A DNA stretch of 64,000 nt, taken from IMG/VR virus record IMGVR_UViG_3300028829_003504, positions 62,001 through 126,000 of that record; one strand, 5' to 3'. The notes below the pieces were generated by a model. It was not told where the DNA came from. It searched no databases and saw nothing but the letters and a program-made list of their open reading frames with translations. This document shows positions 18,988 through 28,587 of the stretch, piece by piece. Made by a program: the position numbers and the translations under genes. Numbering within the stretch: the first letter of the stretch is position 1; each line of letters starts with the position of its first letter.

Positions 18988-21156
18988 ATGATTAATGAAA
19001 TTCGTTTAAGGACGTTTACTTCGCAGGTTGGAGAGGATAATGAAGTTCTCTCCAGAGACCCGAAGCAGAACGCTATAGAATACGAAGGAGATACAGGTCC
19101 CAATACTAGATTAGTTGAGGATGTCGCCTTCAATAAAAAACTAGGTGTACTAACATTCATTAGAAACAACGGTGAAGTCATTGAAGCAAGCGGGTTCTTA
19201 ACAGAGGATCAGATAGGGCACGGCCCTAAAGGTAAGGTAGGTAGAATAGGTAAAGCAGGTCGTGATGGTGAAGAAGGCCGACTAGGTAAAGAAGGACCTG
19301 CTGGATGTGAAGGTGCGCAAGGTAATGCGGGCGATAAAGGGATGTCAGGTAGAGATGGTGAGGATGGTCCTGTAGGTATAGCAGGTACTTCTGGATGTGA
19401 AGGAGATGTAGGCCCTGAGGGTGACGAAGGGGATAAAGGTCCTAAAGGATTCCAAGGATCGATGGGTAAAGACGGGTTAGACTGTATCATAGGCTGTCCT
19501 GGACCTAAAGGGGAACAAGGTTTAGGTACTTTTGTAGTACAAAAGGAAACACCTACTGAGGAGCACGTATACTTATGGGGCGTTCCTTTTGAGAGCGTTT
19601 TACCTGAGTTACCCAAAAAGCCTGATGATATGTCAGCTTCAATCAATTCTATAGTAGTTACTATGACTAAGGATAGAGGTACTACTTATACTGCTTCAGG
19701 CTCTTTAATAGTGAGCGACTTTAAAGGTGGTGTAGGACCTTTCTCTATCATTTGGACAGGTGACTATAAAGCTAAGTTAGGTATAACTAAGGATAGTATA
19801 AGTAACGACAGCCTAAGATTATCACTTGATGCCTCCGCTGAAATAGAACCAGGTGAGGTTGCTGAGATTGCTGGCGATGCCGTTGTTACCATAACGGATA
19901 CGTCAAATGGTAAACAGCTAGTTTTACCTACTACGTATGAATTTAAAGGGAGCAACAGTACGGTAGTTGCTCCTCCCATATACGGTAACGTACGTGATGC
20001 AGCCGTTGTTGAAGGTGATGACTTAAAGTTCTTAGTAACTACTACGAGTCCTTTACTCTCATCAGTACGAATCACATATACGCTAAAGTCAGGAACAGCA
20101 GGAACCTCCGACTACAAGGATTTGGGTCAAGGTTACATGGACTTAAGCATAGGCGTGGACCAGTTCTACGTTAATGTAGAAGCAATACGCGATTCTATAC
20201 CTAACGAAGATGTGGAAACAATGTCGGTTACTGTTAGTATTCCTGGCGTATCTGAATTAAATGCAGGTGATATGACAGCAATAGGTACTATTACTGAGGC
20301 TGATAGCCATATAGTACCTATTGTCCTAGGGCCTGCAGTGGTGACGGAGGGAAGTACTGCAAAAATAACCATCAGGCTAGGTGGTTCTTACATAGAAGGT
20401 GTCACCGGCGGCTACGCAGTTAAGTATAGAACATTATCGGATACAGCGGGTACGTCGGACTACGTAGCTCGGTCTGGGACTCTAACTTTCACCTATAGTT
20501 GGGAAGAGAAAGTCATTGAAATAGCAACAATAGATGATTCTATTGTTGAAGCCACTGAGCAGTTTTATTTTGAGTTGTACGATGCAGGTGCACATCTTGA
20601 CTTAGGTGGAGATACTAAAAAAGTTACGGTTACAGTTAATGACAATGACGAAACTTATAGGGGTTCTACCGGCGGTGGGTGTATAGGATGGGGTGCGAAA
20701 GTTGAAACGCCTGAAGGTACTACATCTATAGAGACTGTATTGATAGGTGATACTATCCTAGGATACGCTGAGCCTAGTATGTCAACAAGTGCTAATTCAA
20801 ACGATCCAGAAGTATTAAACTGGCACGCCCTTGAGTTAAGAGGCAAACGTGCTTGGGTTATGGTTACAAATGCTAGGCATGATACATACCCTCAATACAA
20901 AGTTATCAACGATCTTAACTTAACTTTCGATCATCCTGTCATGACTAAGCGTGATGGCGTATGGCAGTGGCTACCTGCCCTGCAAGTTATAGTTAGTGAT
21001 ATTGTCCTAGGCACTGATAGTCAAGAAGTCCCAGTTACAATAGCTACAGAAGTATACAAAGAACTTAAAGTAGTAGAGCTTGACGTTGAGCCTCACGATG
21101 TCTATTATGTTAACGACATACTAGTCCACAATGTGAATAAAATTGTACATAAGTAA
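18988..21156 (+). CDS. collagen-like fibre protein with two Calx-beta domains and a C-terminal Hint domain
   Basis: About 32 Gly-X-Y triplets; Calx-beta motifs (V.EG...Y.T.SGTAGTSDY; GTLTF...K.I.I.TIDD.IVE..E.F); GGG|C...TFDH...VHN. Confidence 0.85.
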   Translation: MINEIRLRTFTSQVGEDNEVLSRDPKQNAIEYEGDTGPNTRLVEDVAFNKKLGVLTFIRNNGEVIEASGFLTEDQIGHGPKGKVGRIGKAGRDGEEGRLGKEGPAGCEGAQGNAGDKGMSGRDGEDGPVGIAGTSGCEGDVGPEGDEGDKGPKGFQGSMGKDGLDCIIGCPGPKGEQGLGTFVVQKETPTEEHVYLWGVPFESVLPELPKKPDDMSASINSIVVTMTKDRGTTYTASGSLIVSDFKGGVGPFSIIWTGDYKAKLGITKDSISNDSLRLSLDASAEIEPGEVAEIAGDAVVTITDTSNGKQLVLPTTYEFKGSNSTVVAPPIYGNVRDAAVVEGDDLKFLVTTTSPLLSSVRITYTLKSGTAGTSDYKDLGQGYMDLSIGVDQFYVNVEAIRDSIPNEDVETMSVTVSIPGVSELNAGDMTAIGTITEADSHIVPIVLGPAVVTEGSTAKITIRLGGSYIEGVTGGYAVKYRTLSDTAGTSDYVARSGTLTFTYSWEEKVIEIATIDDSIVEATEQFYFELYDAGAHLDLGGDTKKVTVTVNDNDETYRGSTGGGCIGWGAKVETPEGTTSIETVLIGDTILGYAEPSMSTSANSNDPEVLNWHALELRGKRAWVMVTNARHDTYPQYKVINDLNLTFDHPVMTKRDGVWQWLPALQVIVSDIVLGTDSQEVPVTIATEVYKELKVVELDVEPHDVYYVNDILVHNVNKIVHK
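20680..21132 (+). other. Hint (intein-like / BIL-type) autoprocessing domain, about 151 aa
   Basis: Block A CIGWGAKVETPEG, block B LTFDHPV, blocks F/G VVELDVEPHDVYYVNDILVHN. The +1 residue is Val and there is no endonuclease insert. Confidence 0.85.
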
Positions 21157-21166
21157 GGAGAATTAA

Positions 21167-21799
21167 ATGTTAACTAGACCTCCTATGGAATCAGTTAATG
21201 CTAACGGTACTGCCAGTCAGACTGACGTTATAGTTAAAGACGGGAAGTTAGCTGCGGGTAACAAAGAAGATAGTCAAACCGCTGAGGTACAAGATATATT
21301 CTTCGATTCTACTGTCGGTATTCTCGTCATAGAGTTTACTAATGGTGAGACTAAGCGTGTATCTGGGTTCCCTACGTTCGGAACTATACCGGATGGTCCT
21401 GCAGGTCCTACAGGCGACCCTGGTGAAGACGGAAAAGAGGGACGTGACGGACGTGACGGTGAAACAGGAGCACCTGGATGCTTCGGGCCTATTGGACCTA
21501 AAGGAGTAGAGGGTGATCCCGGACGCAATGGCGAAGATGGAGCACCCGGAGCACCTGGACCTAAAGGCTGTCCTGGTCCAGCAGGTAATAAGGGACCTAA
21601 AGGGGAACCTGGAGATGTGGGGGAACCTGGAGTACAAGGACCTCCAGGTGATACAGGTCCTCAAGGCCCTGAGGGTGAGCGTGGTCCAGCAGGTAAAATC
21701 AACTATATCATAAGTACATCAGACCCAGGAACTAGCGCAGGTGCTGGCAGTATATGGATTAATCCTAACATTACAGAAACCAGCCCGGCTTGGCCGTAG
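21167..21799 (+). CDS. collagen-like fibre protein
   Basis: MLTRP N-terminus, about 33 uninterrupted Gly-X-Y triplets and a [13 protein letters not shown] cap. Confidence 0.85.
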   Translation: MLTRPPMESVNANGTASQTDVIVKDGKLAAGNKEDSQTAEVQDIFFDSTVGILVIEFTNGETKRVSGFPTFGTIPDGPAGPTGDPGEDGKEGRDGRDGETGAPGCFGPIGPKGVEGDPGRNGEDGAPGAPGPKGCPGPAGNKGPKGEPGDVGEPGVQGPPGDTGPQGPEGERGPAGKINYIISTSDPGTSAGAGSIWINPNITETSPAWP

Positions 21800-21807
21800 G
21801 AGTTAGT

Positions 21808-22875
21808 ATGAGTGACGTTAAAACCAATATGCTAGATATCGGACATATTAGCGGTGACTTACGAGTCCAAGATGGAACGCTTAAAATTGTCCCTGATTCT
21901 ATGACGCCTAATGGCAATGTTACAGGATATATTGATAAAACAGGAGTCTTGACTATTGACATACCTGGCCACGGTACTATACAAGCAAACGGATTCCTAA
22001 CGCGTGCTGATATCGGTCAGGGGCATGAAGGCAATAGGGGAAATGAAGGCAGTAATGGAACTGACGGATCGATAGGATTAGATGGCTCCAAAGGTGTTAT
22101 AGGTGATAGGGGAGAAGTAGGTAGTAGAGGCGTACCTGGAGTAAGAGGACCCAGAGGCATGCAAGGCAGTTTTGGCCAAAATGGCAATAGTGGTGCGGAG
22201 GGAGTTAAAGGAGATGACGCCTTTGTTAATATGTTTATACAGGAGTCAGACCCAGGGGCTCCAGGCGCAGGCGCAGTATGGGTTAAACCTATATACACCC
22301 ACCTGCAAGAAGCCATTGCTGATATACAAGCCAATTGTAGTAGTGATGAAGATGAAGATACAGAGGAATTACCAGTCATTGAAGGTGATTCGGAATCACA
22401 TCCTTATACAAGTGATGGACATGCTACAGGTAGCTTAGTCGTTTACTTCGATACAAGTACGTACACCACTTTAGAAGACAGCGGTAAGGAATTCATACGT
22501 GTAGAAGAAGAAGAAAGATTCATACTAATACTTAGACTACTTTCGCCGTTACCTATTGATGCTGTATTCCAAGTGAAACTTAGAGAGGACCCTACTAATA
22601 TTGCATGGGCGGGATTCAAATGGGATTCAGATGACGCTAAGGGTACTGTAGAAAGAACACTTACAATACCAGCAGGTAAGTTAGTCTCTGATGAACTTAC
22701 CGCTTACGTTCCTGAGGATTGGGTAATCGCAAGCGATAGCGGTTATGGCGAACTTGCAATTTCGTCCGATTCAGGTAACAATCAAATAATGATTGACGAA
22801 AGTACGTACCAATTTGTCAGTGATTCCCCCAAATTGAACTATATTAAGATGCGAGTCTATCCTAAGATTTCGTAG
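21808..22875 (+). CDS. collagen-like fibre protein with C-terminal beta-rich domain
   Basis: GF.T...IG collagen lead-in, about 21 triplets and DPGAPGAGAVWVKP. Start placed at the ATG after a GGAG RBS (the track starts at 21790). Confidence 0.8.
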   Translation: MSDVKTNMLDIGHISGDLRVQDGTLKIVPDSMTPNGNVTGYIDKTGVLTIDIPGHGTIQANGFLTRADIGQGHEGNRGNEGSNGTDGSIGLDGSKGVIGDRGEVGSRGVPGVRGPRGMQGSFGQNGNSGAEGVKGDDAFVNMFIQESDPGAPGAGAVWVKPIYTHLQEAIADIQANCSSDEDEDTEELPVIEGDSESHPYTSDGHATGSLVVYFDTSTYTTLEDSGKEFIRVEEEERFILILRLLSPLPIDAVFQVKLREDPTNIAWAGFKWDSDDAKGTVERTLTIPAGKLVSDELTAYVPEDWVIASDSGYGELAISSDSGNNQIMIDESTYQFVSDSPKLNYIKMRVYPKIS

Positions 22876-22902
22876 TATTACATAATTTTCTAAACACGTG
22901 AG

Positions 22903-23400
22903 GTGCTTATGTTAACAAGACCACCACTAAATGCAATTGATGCTGGAGCCGAAAGCGGTGACGTAACTTCAAATGCACTTAATCTACAAGTAGAATCTAT
23001 TGACGATAGTATAGCGACTGAGCTTGGTGCTAAATACGATTCAGTCAATGGCTCTCTAGTTATATCATTCCCAGGATACCCACACCTTAGGATAAACGGC
23101 TTCATGACGCCTATTCATATTAAAGAAGGCAGACAAGGTAAACCTGGGTATGAAGGCAGAGAAGGAATCGAAGGCACTATAGGATCTGACGGAGAGCAAG
23201 GCCAGCAAGGATGTTTAGGCCCAGAGGGTCCTCAGGGACGTCCAGGTCAACGTGGACCTAGAGGTCAGATGGGTTCTCAAGGTGAGATTGGTCCTACGGG
23301 TCCTGATGGGGCTAAAGGAGAGCCTGGAGAATTTCTAGTCTATATACAGAACGACGAACCCGTAGGGGTGGAGCACGGTGCGCTGTGGGTGAAACAATAA
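22903..23400 (+). CDS. collagen-like fibre protein
   Basis: MLTRPP N-terminus, about 22 Gly-X-Y triplets and a GALWVK cap. Confidence 0.85.
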   Translation: MLMLTRPPLNAIDAGAESGDVTSNALNLQVESIDDSIATELGAKYDSVNGSLVISFPGYPHLRINGFMTPIHIKEGRQGKPGYEGREGIEGTIGSDGEQGQQGCLGPEGPQGRPGQRGPRGQMGSQGEIGPTGPDGAKGEPGEFLVYIQNDEPVGVEHGALWVKQ

Positions 23401-23412
23401 TTAGGAACTAAT

Positions 23413-26070
23413 ATGGCACTTAACTTAGAACTATCAAGTTCGAATGAAAAGTCAGTACTATACGATGGTGAGTACGGAGATTTAGACTACATAGAAAGCT
23501 CCTTAACTTTATATTTTAGTGTAGAAGGAACTAGCTCGTATTCTGTTACGATTATCGATGCGGATACAGGAAACGACCAGACGTCTATCGTACAAGTCGG
23601 TCAGGGAACACTAACCATAGACCTTCGTATTCTAAAAAGTTATTTCACAATAGGTACTACCGTATTCGGTGGTACTGTTGTGTTACAGATAGACGATAAT
23701 GATAGTACTGATACTGGTCAGTTTAACATCGACTTCCATTTCGCCGTTACAAATAACGCAGTATACGTGGCTCCAGTGACATTCGGCCTCAGTACAAACG
23801 GTATTGCCATTAGTACTGAGTTACAGCGCAGTAGTGGTATTGATTTCGTTGAGCGCGCCGCGTATCCTACGGTAGAAGTACTTGGAGGCTCAGGTCCTTT
23901 CGAGTACACTTGGGTTCCTGCAAACTTTGAACACTTCTTAATAGAATCAGTAGAAGGTCTTGATACAGACAAACCTACCGTAAACTATAAACTCGATGTT
24001 GCGTCGGACCTACCTGAAGAACTATTTAATTCCGATGGAGGCAAGTGGACTCAGACAGGTATATTTAACGTAAGCGTTCGAGATACCAGTAACGGTGATA
24101 TCTCGTTAGGAGAAGTATCCTGGAGCTTCACTGTTAGTGTACAGGAGGAGGAAAGAGGCGACTCGGTAGTTAAAGAAAGCAGAATCATACCAGGACGATT
24201 TAGAGTACGAAACCCTCTCAATAGCTTCTGGTATGACTTATGTTATTATGAAATGTACGTCTTTGATAAAGATTACCTACAGTGGATTAGACTATTCCCT
24301 AATAAGGTGTTTGTGCGCGATGGAGGCAGCAGTGATTGGATTGAAATAGGTTGCATTACTGATACTTCCTATGACGACCCTTGTGCAGGCTTCGGGTCAG
24401 GTACCGATTGTTCAGGTGAACCTCAAGATCCTCTTGCGGGATCTGGTGATGGATTTGGTTCTAATGGTCCTTCATACGATGTCGATACAGGATATCCTGC
24501 AGGCTTTGATATGCCTGACAGCTCACTCGGTGGCTACGGTATTAAGATTGCACCTAAAGCCACTGGTTACGATACTCCGGTAGGTTACATAATGCAGCGT
24601 CCCGGACTACAGTCGGAAGAATCTTATGATCCTACAGGTCTATCTGCCGATGAAGGCGCTCACGGTAAGTATAATAGTCCTAACTTAAATGGAGCCAGCA
24701 CTTGGGGTAGAGGTGCAGCGGTTACTGAGACTATATATGAATTACCTGCACAGAATGGTTATTACGAACTTCTCTATGCTGCTTACGATTCCGTTAGTAT
24801 CGATGTTTACTACGTAGGTCAGCGAGTAGCTACAACATGTGGACCTGTGCCTAAGTTGACGCGAGGTCTATTGACGTTTAATGTTAACATAGCGACAGGT
24901 CTAGGTGAAAGACGTATCATGATTAGGGTACGTGGTGCCGAGGATGTTAGATGGGCTTACCAAGTAGTAGGTCCTAAAGCTTCACCTGTGCTACAAGATT
25001 TCGATAACCAAGACGATGATGATTACGCAAATATCAATGAGTTTCTTTACGAAGAATCTGAAATGATGCAAACCCAGTACATAGGTACGCCTATGTTTCC
25101 TGCACCCTGTCACGGCACTGTAGGTAATGTAGATCAGACGTTTCCTTGGGCATTATCTGATAGAATTGAGACGCAAAACTGGTTTGAGTACTATCACTAT
25201 GTCGGCGAAAACGGGGGTCCAATGGTGCTCGATTTTAGCTCATGGGCAGCCGCTGACTACGTTGAAATCTGGCAAAATGGGGTTCGGATAGCTACATCTC
25301 AAGATTATAACCAAACTCCAGGCTATGTTGATTTTATATATGAAGCCCGTGAAGGCGTTCAAGATATAATGGTTAGAGTGCATACAGAATCAAAAGGTAT
25401 GGGTCAAGATTTAAGTACTTGGTACTATACACTATTCTGCCCTAACGCAATTGGCCACAGAAGACAACCATGGCCTTGTGGGCCTGACGTTATATACAGC
25501 ATGGGACATCCTGCCACAGAGGATAACTTTGATATAGATAACGGCGTCGAGCGTGGTGCCTTTAAAGTATACATGCGAGAGTGTACGGCTACTACATTAG
25601 TTAGAGTATTCAATAGAGACGGAGACTTGATAACGTCGATGACGGGCGAAGGTGACTTCGATGTAGAGGCTTTCAATTTCGATGTGGTTACAGGAGAAGT
25701 ACATAAGGATATATATGTACGTGTTGAGACTTCTATAGGGCATGGTTGGCAATACACCGTAAGTTGTCCAGTACCTTTACTTGATATAATACTAAAACCT
25801 GTAGACCCAAGTGTAGAGTGGTCTATAACCGATGAAATTATACAGGACGATTCTGAGTATGTCGAACTTATCGTAAGCATAAACAAAGCCCAATTGGTTG
25901 ATAGGTCTATTGATTGGGCTACTAGCAACGACACTGCGTATGACCTAACGGACTACTGTGCTGCTAACGGAACTGTGACAATACCTGCTGGACAGACTAG
26001 TATTAAGATTCAAATTAATTTAGCTCCTTGTGATGCTGAGGATGAGGATGAGGATGCACCTAGCACCTGA
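23413..26070 (+). CDS. acidic virion/fibre protein with repeated beta-sandwich domains and an incomplete C-terminal Calx-beta domain
   Basis: Three units ending W.Y.V/L.(C/G)P. The C-terminus IDWATSNDTA..LTDY....GTVTIPAGQTSIKIQI stops before the last Calx-beta strands. Confidence 0.75.
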   Translation: MALNLELSSSNEKSVLYDGEYGDLDYIESSLTLYFSVEGTSSYSVTIIDADTGNDQTSIVQVGQGTLTIDLRILKSYFTIGTTVFGGTVVLQIDDNDSTDTGQFNIDFHFAVTNNAVYVAPVTFGLSTNGIAISTELQRSSGIDFVERAAYPTVEVLGGSGPFEYTWVPANFEHFLIESVEGLDTDKPTVNYKLDVASDLPEELFNSDGGKWTQTGIFNVSVRDTSNGDISLGEVSWSFTVSVQEEERGDSVVKESRIIPGRFRVRNPLNSFWYDLCYYEMYVFDKDYLQWIRLFPNKVFVRDGGSSDWIEIGCITDTSYDDPCAGFGSGTDCSGEPQDPLAGSGDGFGSNGPSYDVDTGYPAGFDMPDSSLGGYGIKIAPKATGYDTPVGYIMQRPGLQSEESYDPTGLSADEGAHGKYNSPNLNGASTWGRGAAVTETIYELPAQNGYYELLYAAYDSVSIDVYYVGQRVATTCGPVPKLTRGLLTFNVNIATGLGERRIMIRVRGAEDVRWAYQVVGPKASPVLQDFDNQDDDDYANINEFLYEESEMMQTQYIGTPMFPAPCHGTVGNVDQTFPWALSDRIETQNWFEYYHYVGENGGPMVLDFSSWAAADYVEIWQNGVRIATSQDYNQTPGYVDFIYEAREGVQDIMVRVHTESKGMGQDLSTWYYTLFCPNAIGHRRQPWPCGPDVIYSMGHPATEDNFDIDNGVERGAFKVYMRECTATTLVRVFNRDGDLITSMTGEGDFDVEAFNFDVVTGEVHKDIYVRVETSIGHGWQYTVSCPVPLLDIILKPVDPSVEWSITDEIIQDDSEYVELIVSINKAQLVDRSIDWATSNDTAYDLTDYCAANGTVTIPAGQTSIKIQINLAPCDAEDEDEDAPST

Positions 26071-26226
26071 TACTTTCCTAGCTACTATACGTAAAGCTTT
26101 TGAATCTGTAATACCATTTATGTGATTTGATAACCATACAGTCATAAAGTATTAGGGAGTAAGGAGTTAGTAGACCTTGCAGGTAAGTCAGGTAAATGGT
26201 GGCAAGTACTTAATTAAGGAATTATA

Positions 26227-28020
26227 ATGGCAAAACGATTTCATGTTGACTTAGCGAATCCTAGTTTCGGAGTCATAGAAAAAGGTAAAGGAATTGTAAC
26301 GATTCTGGAGGTAGCTGAACCTTTACCTCCAGAGCGGCCTGAACCCGAACTAGTAAATGAATACATCTGGGAATGTATATTTGAAAACTTAGATGGTGAT
26401 GAGGTGAAGTCTGTACCTCATAATAGCGAAGAAGGCTACGAGTATATGATAGCCCATATAGATCTAGAAGGTGATAACGAGATTACTTGGAGCCACGTAG
26501 CTAGATTTATAGGGGACAATCCCACAGGTACACCTATGGCGCAGAATATAGATAGTGGTGTAGGCGTGAGTGACAATTTTGGTATATTTATAGATACGTC
26601 CAACGGTAGTTCTATAATAATTAAAATTATGCGTAGACCTCTACCTGTAGCTGCCGACGAAGACAGCAGAGTAACAGGAAATGAGTTCGTCCGTGTTAGC
26701 GGAAATGACTTAAGCTACCAGTGGGATTTAAACTACGAATACTACATAACCTGTACTTATGGCACACTATCTAACTATACAGGAACTATAATTACCGATG
26801 AAGTATCCTACGGCTATTCGAGCATAGATAAATCAACTGCTTGGATAGCAAACATCGATCAGGATAGGAAGAAGTGGGTAGGGTTTGGACATAAATCATC
26901 AGAGCCTGGTAATAAATCTTATCGTACAGTAGTTACAAAGAGATGTGACTTACACAGCGTATGGCGCAGGCCTTGGTCGGCATCTAGCCTTCCAGCTAGT
27001 GAGTTTGCCAATGAGCATAAACGTGTTAAGAATAACATGGATAGTCCTTCTACTACTTTAACGTTCGACTGGAAAGATAACAAAGAATACCTCGTCATGA
27101 TGGCGGATACTTCTTCTGACAACGAGGTAGCTTGCGCTAAAGTGTATACTACTCCTGGTCTGTTAGAAGTACCAGGCGTAACTAGACATAAATCAGGTAT
27201 TGCTGCACCTGGTGGTAACCCATCATGGATAGAATTCCTACAGACCAGCGTAGGCGGTAGTAAAAAGATAGAGGCGCACCACGGATATATATTAAATATA
27301 CTCGAAAGAGATATGTTCTATGACCCTGGGACGTGCGGCGCTGAAGGTTTCGTAGGTCCTGTTAGCTCTATTTCATCTTTAGCTAGTATTAACACAATAG
27401 GTAAAATCGCGTTTATGTCTGACACCCCAGGTATTACAAAATACGGGGCTTCGGCTACAGACGGTTCAGCTTTGGAAGTTGAGGCTTATATAGGGGACTG
27501 GACAGGCAATGTACCCGATGTATACAATGATAAGTATACTAGCGATATTCAAGGTATAGCGATACCTTATAGTTACGGTGGGGGTATCGCTAGTAACATG
27601 ACGCCTTCCGATCCGTATCTAGCCGAGTCAAAATCTACGGCTTGGAGAGGCTGGTACCTATCCGTCATAGACGAAACTGAACACACTTCTGGTATTAAGT
27701 ACAGTAAGATAACGAGTATCGATATTAACAAGTACGTAGATGGCCACACTTTAGTAATAAGGTGTGAGGACTCTGCTGATGGTGATTATACGCTTGAGAG
27801 TAATTCCTCGATAGTGGACAACAACACAGGACGCTCCGTTAGCCTTAGTGATATCTACGGAATCAGAACTAAAGCATTACACATAGGATTTCAAGATACC
27901 TTAGCAAGAAATCAGTCAGGAATGGATGCTGAGGTTACTATTGCTATTGAATTTGAATTTCATGATGGTACGATGTTTTCACATACATTGACTCTTGCCG
28001 CTAATAGTGAAATATATTAA
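26227..28020 (+). CDS. virion/fibre protein whose N-terminus matches the terminal strands of a Calx-beta domain
   Basis: AAGGA RBS; starts MAKRFHVDLANPSFGVIEKGKGIVTILE, followed by a Pro-rich linker. Confidence 0.75.
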   Translation: MAKRFHVDLANPSFGVIEKGKGIVTILEVAEPLPPERPEPELVNEYIWECIFENLDGDEVKSVPHNSEEGYEYMIAHIDLEGDNEITWSHVARFIGDNPTGTPMAQNIDSGVGVSDNFGIFIDTSNGSSIIIKIMRRPLPVAADEDSRVTGNEFVRVSGNDLSYQWDLNYEYYITCTYGTLSNYTGTIITDEVSYGYSSIDKSTAWIANIDQDRKKWVGFGHKSSEPGNKSYRTVVTKRCDLHSVWRRPWSASSLPASEFANEHKRVKNNMDSPSTTLTFDWKDNKEYLVMMADTSSDNEVACAKVYTTPGLLEVPGVTRHKSGIAAPGGNPSWIEFLQTSVGGSKKIEAHHGYILNILERDMFYDPGTCGAEGFVGPVSSISSLASINTIGKIAFMSDTPGITKYGASATDGSALEVEAYIGDWTGNVPDVYNDKYTSDIQGIAIPYSYGGGIASNMTPSDPYLAESKSTAWRGWYLSVIDETEHTSGIKYSKITSIDINKYVDGHTLVIRCEDSADGDYTLESNSSIVDNNTGRSVSLSDIYGIRTKALHIGFQDTLARNQSGMDAEVTIAIEFEFHDGTMFSHTLTLAANSEIY

Positions 28021-28030
28021 GGAGATTACT

Positions 28031-28585
28031 TTGCCTACTGTTCAAAAACATTGGCTAGTTAACGAATTGGACATTAATACTTATGACGGAAGTTATCAAG
28101 TAGAAGGTGTCCCTTACGTTAAGAACCAAAGCTGTGGCTTTATCATTAAACCTAATTGGGGACTTAGTGTTGACGTAGTTAGCGGTAAGACTATCTTGGG
28201 TCCTAAAAAAGGTAACTTAATGTTAGCTATAATACCGGATAGTACATTACATAAGTCCGAGTGGCTAGAAGGCCAGACGTCAGGTGTTATCGACATAGGG
28301 CGTTTTCATTACGAAGATAGCCAAAGCTACGACTTCACTATTGTATCCAAAAGGGAATCAGGTAAAGGAATAGTCGTACCTCCAGTAGGGACGCATAGCT
28401 TTAAGCAAGATGTATATTCATGGCTTAAATCCCCAGATGCTGCGGTATTTTCTTTCGAAATACATTTGGTAATTGATGACACAACGGATTATATACAAGA
28501 GTTCACTCCGTTATTAGTTAATTTAATAAAAACTCAGAAGTCCAGCAATATAGGCTTCCACGCCGAAGACAAAATAGAGGTATAG
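28031..28585 (+). CDS. hypothetical virion-associated protein
   Basis: TTG start after an AAGGAG RBS (the track begins at 27995, same frame). Confidence 0.65.
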   Translation: MPTVQKHWLVNELDINTYDGSYQVEGVPYVKNQSCGFIIKPNWGLSVDVVSGKTILGPKKGNLMLAIIPDSTLHKSEWLEGQTSGVIDIGRFHYEDSQSYDFTIVSKRESGKGIVVPPVGTHSFKQDVYSWLKSPDAAVFSFEIHLVIDDTTDYIQEFTPLLVNLIKTQKSSNIGFHAEDKIEV

Positions 28586-28587
28586 TA

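Noticed and set aside
19209-22379. Pro/Ser-rich minus-strand ORFs (19209..19646, 21274..21528, 22017..22379)
   Set aside because: Antisense read-outs of Gly-X-Y codons (GGN gives NCC); not independent genes.
26068-26227. Translational bypass, stop readthrough or a self-splicing intron joining ORFs 23413 and 26227
   Set aside because: There are several in-frame stops, no matched ACC landing codon next to ORF2, and no recognisable group I/II core in 156 nt. ORF2 has its own RBS. Not formally excluded without RT-PCR.
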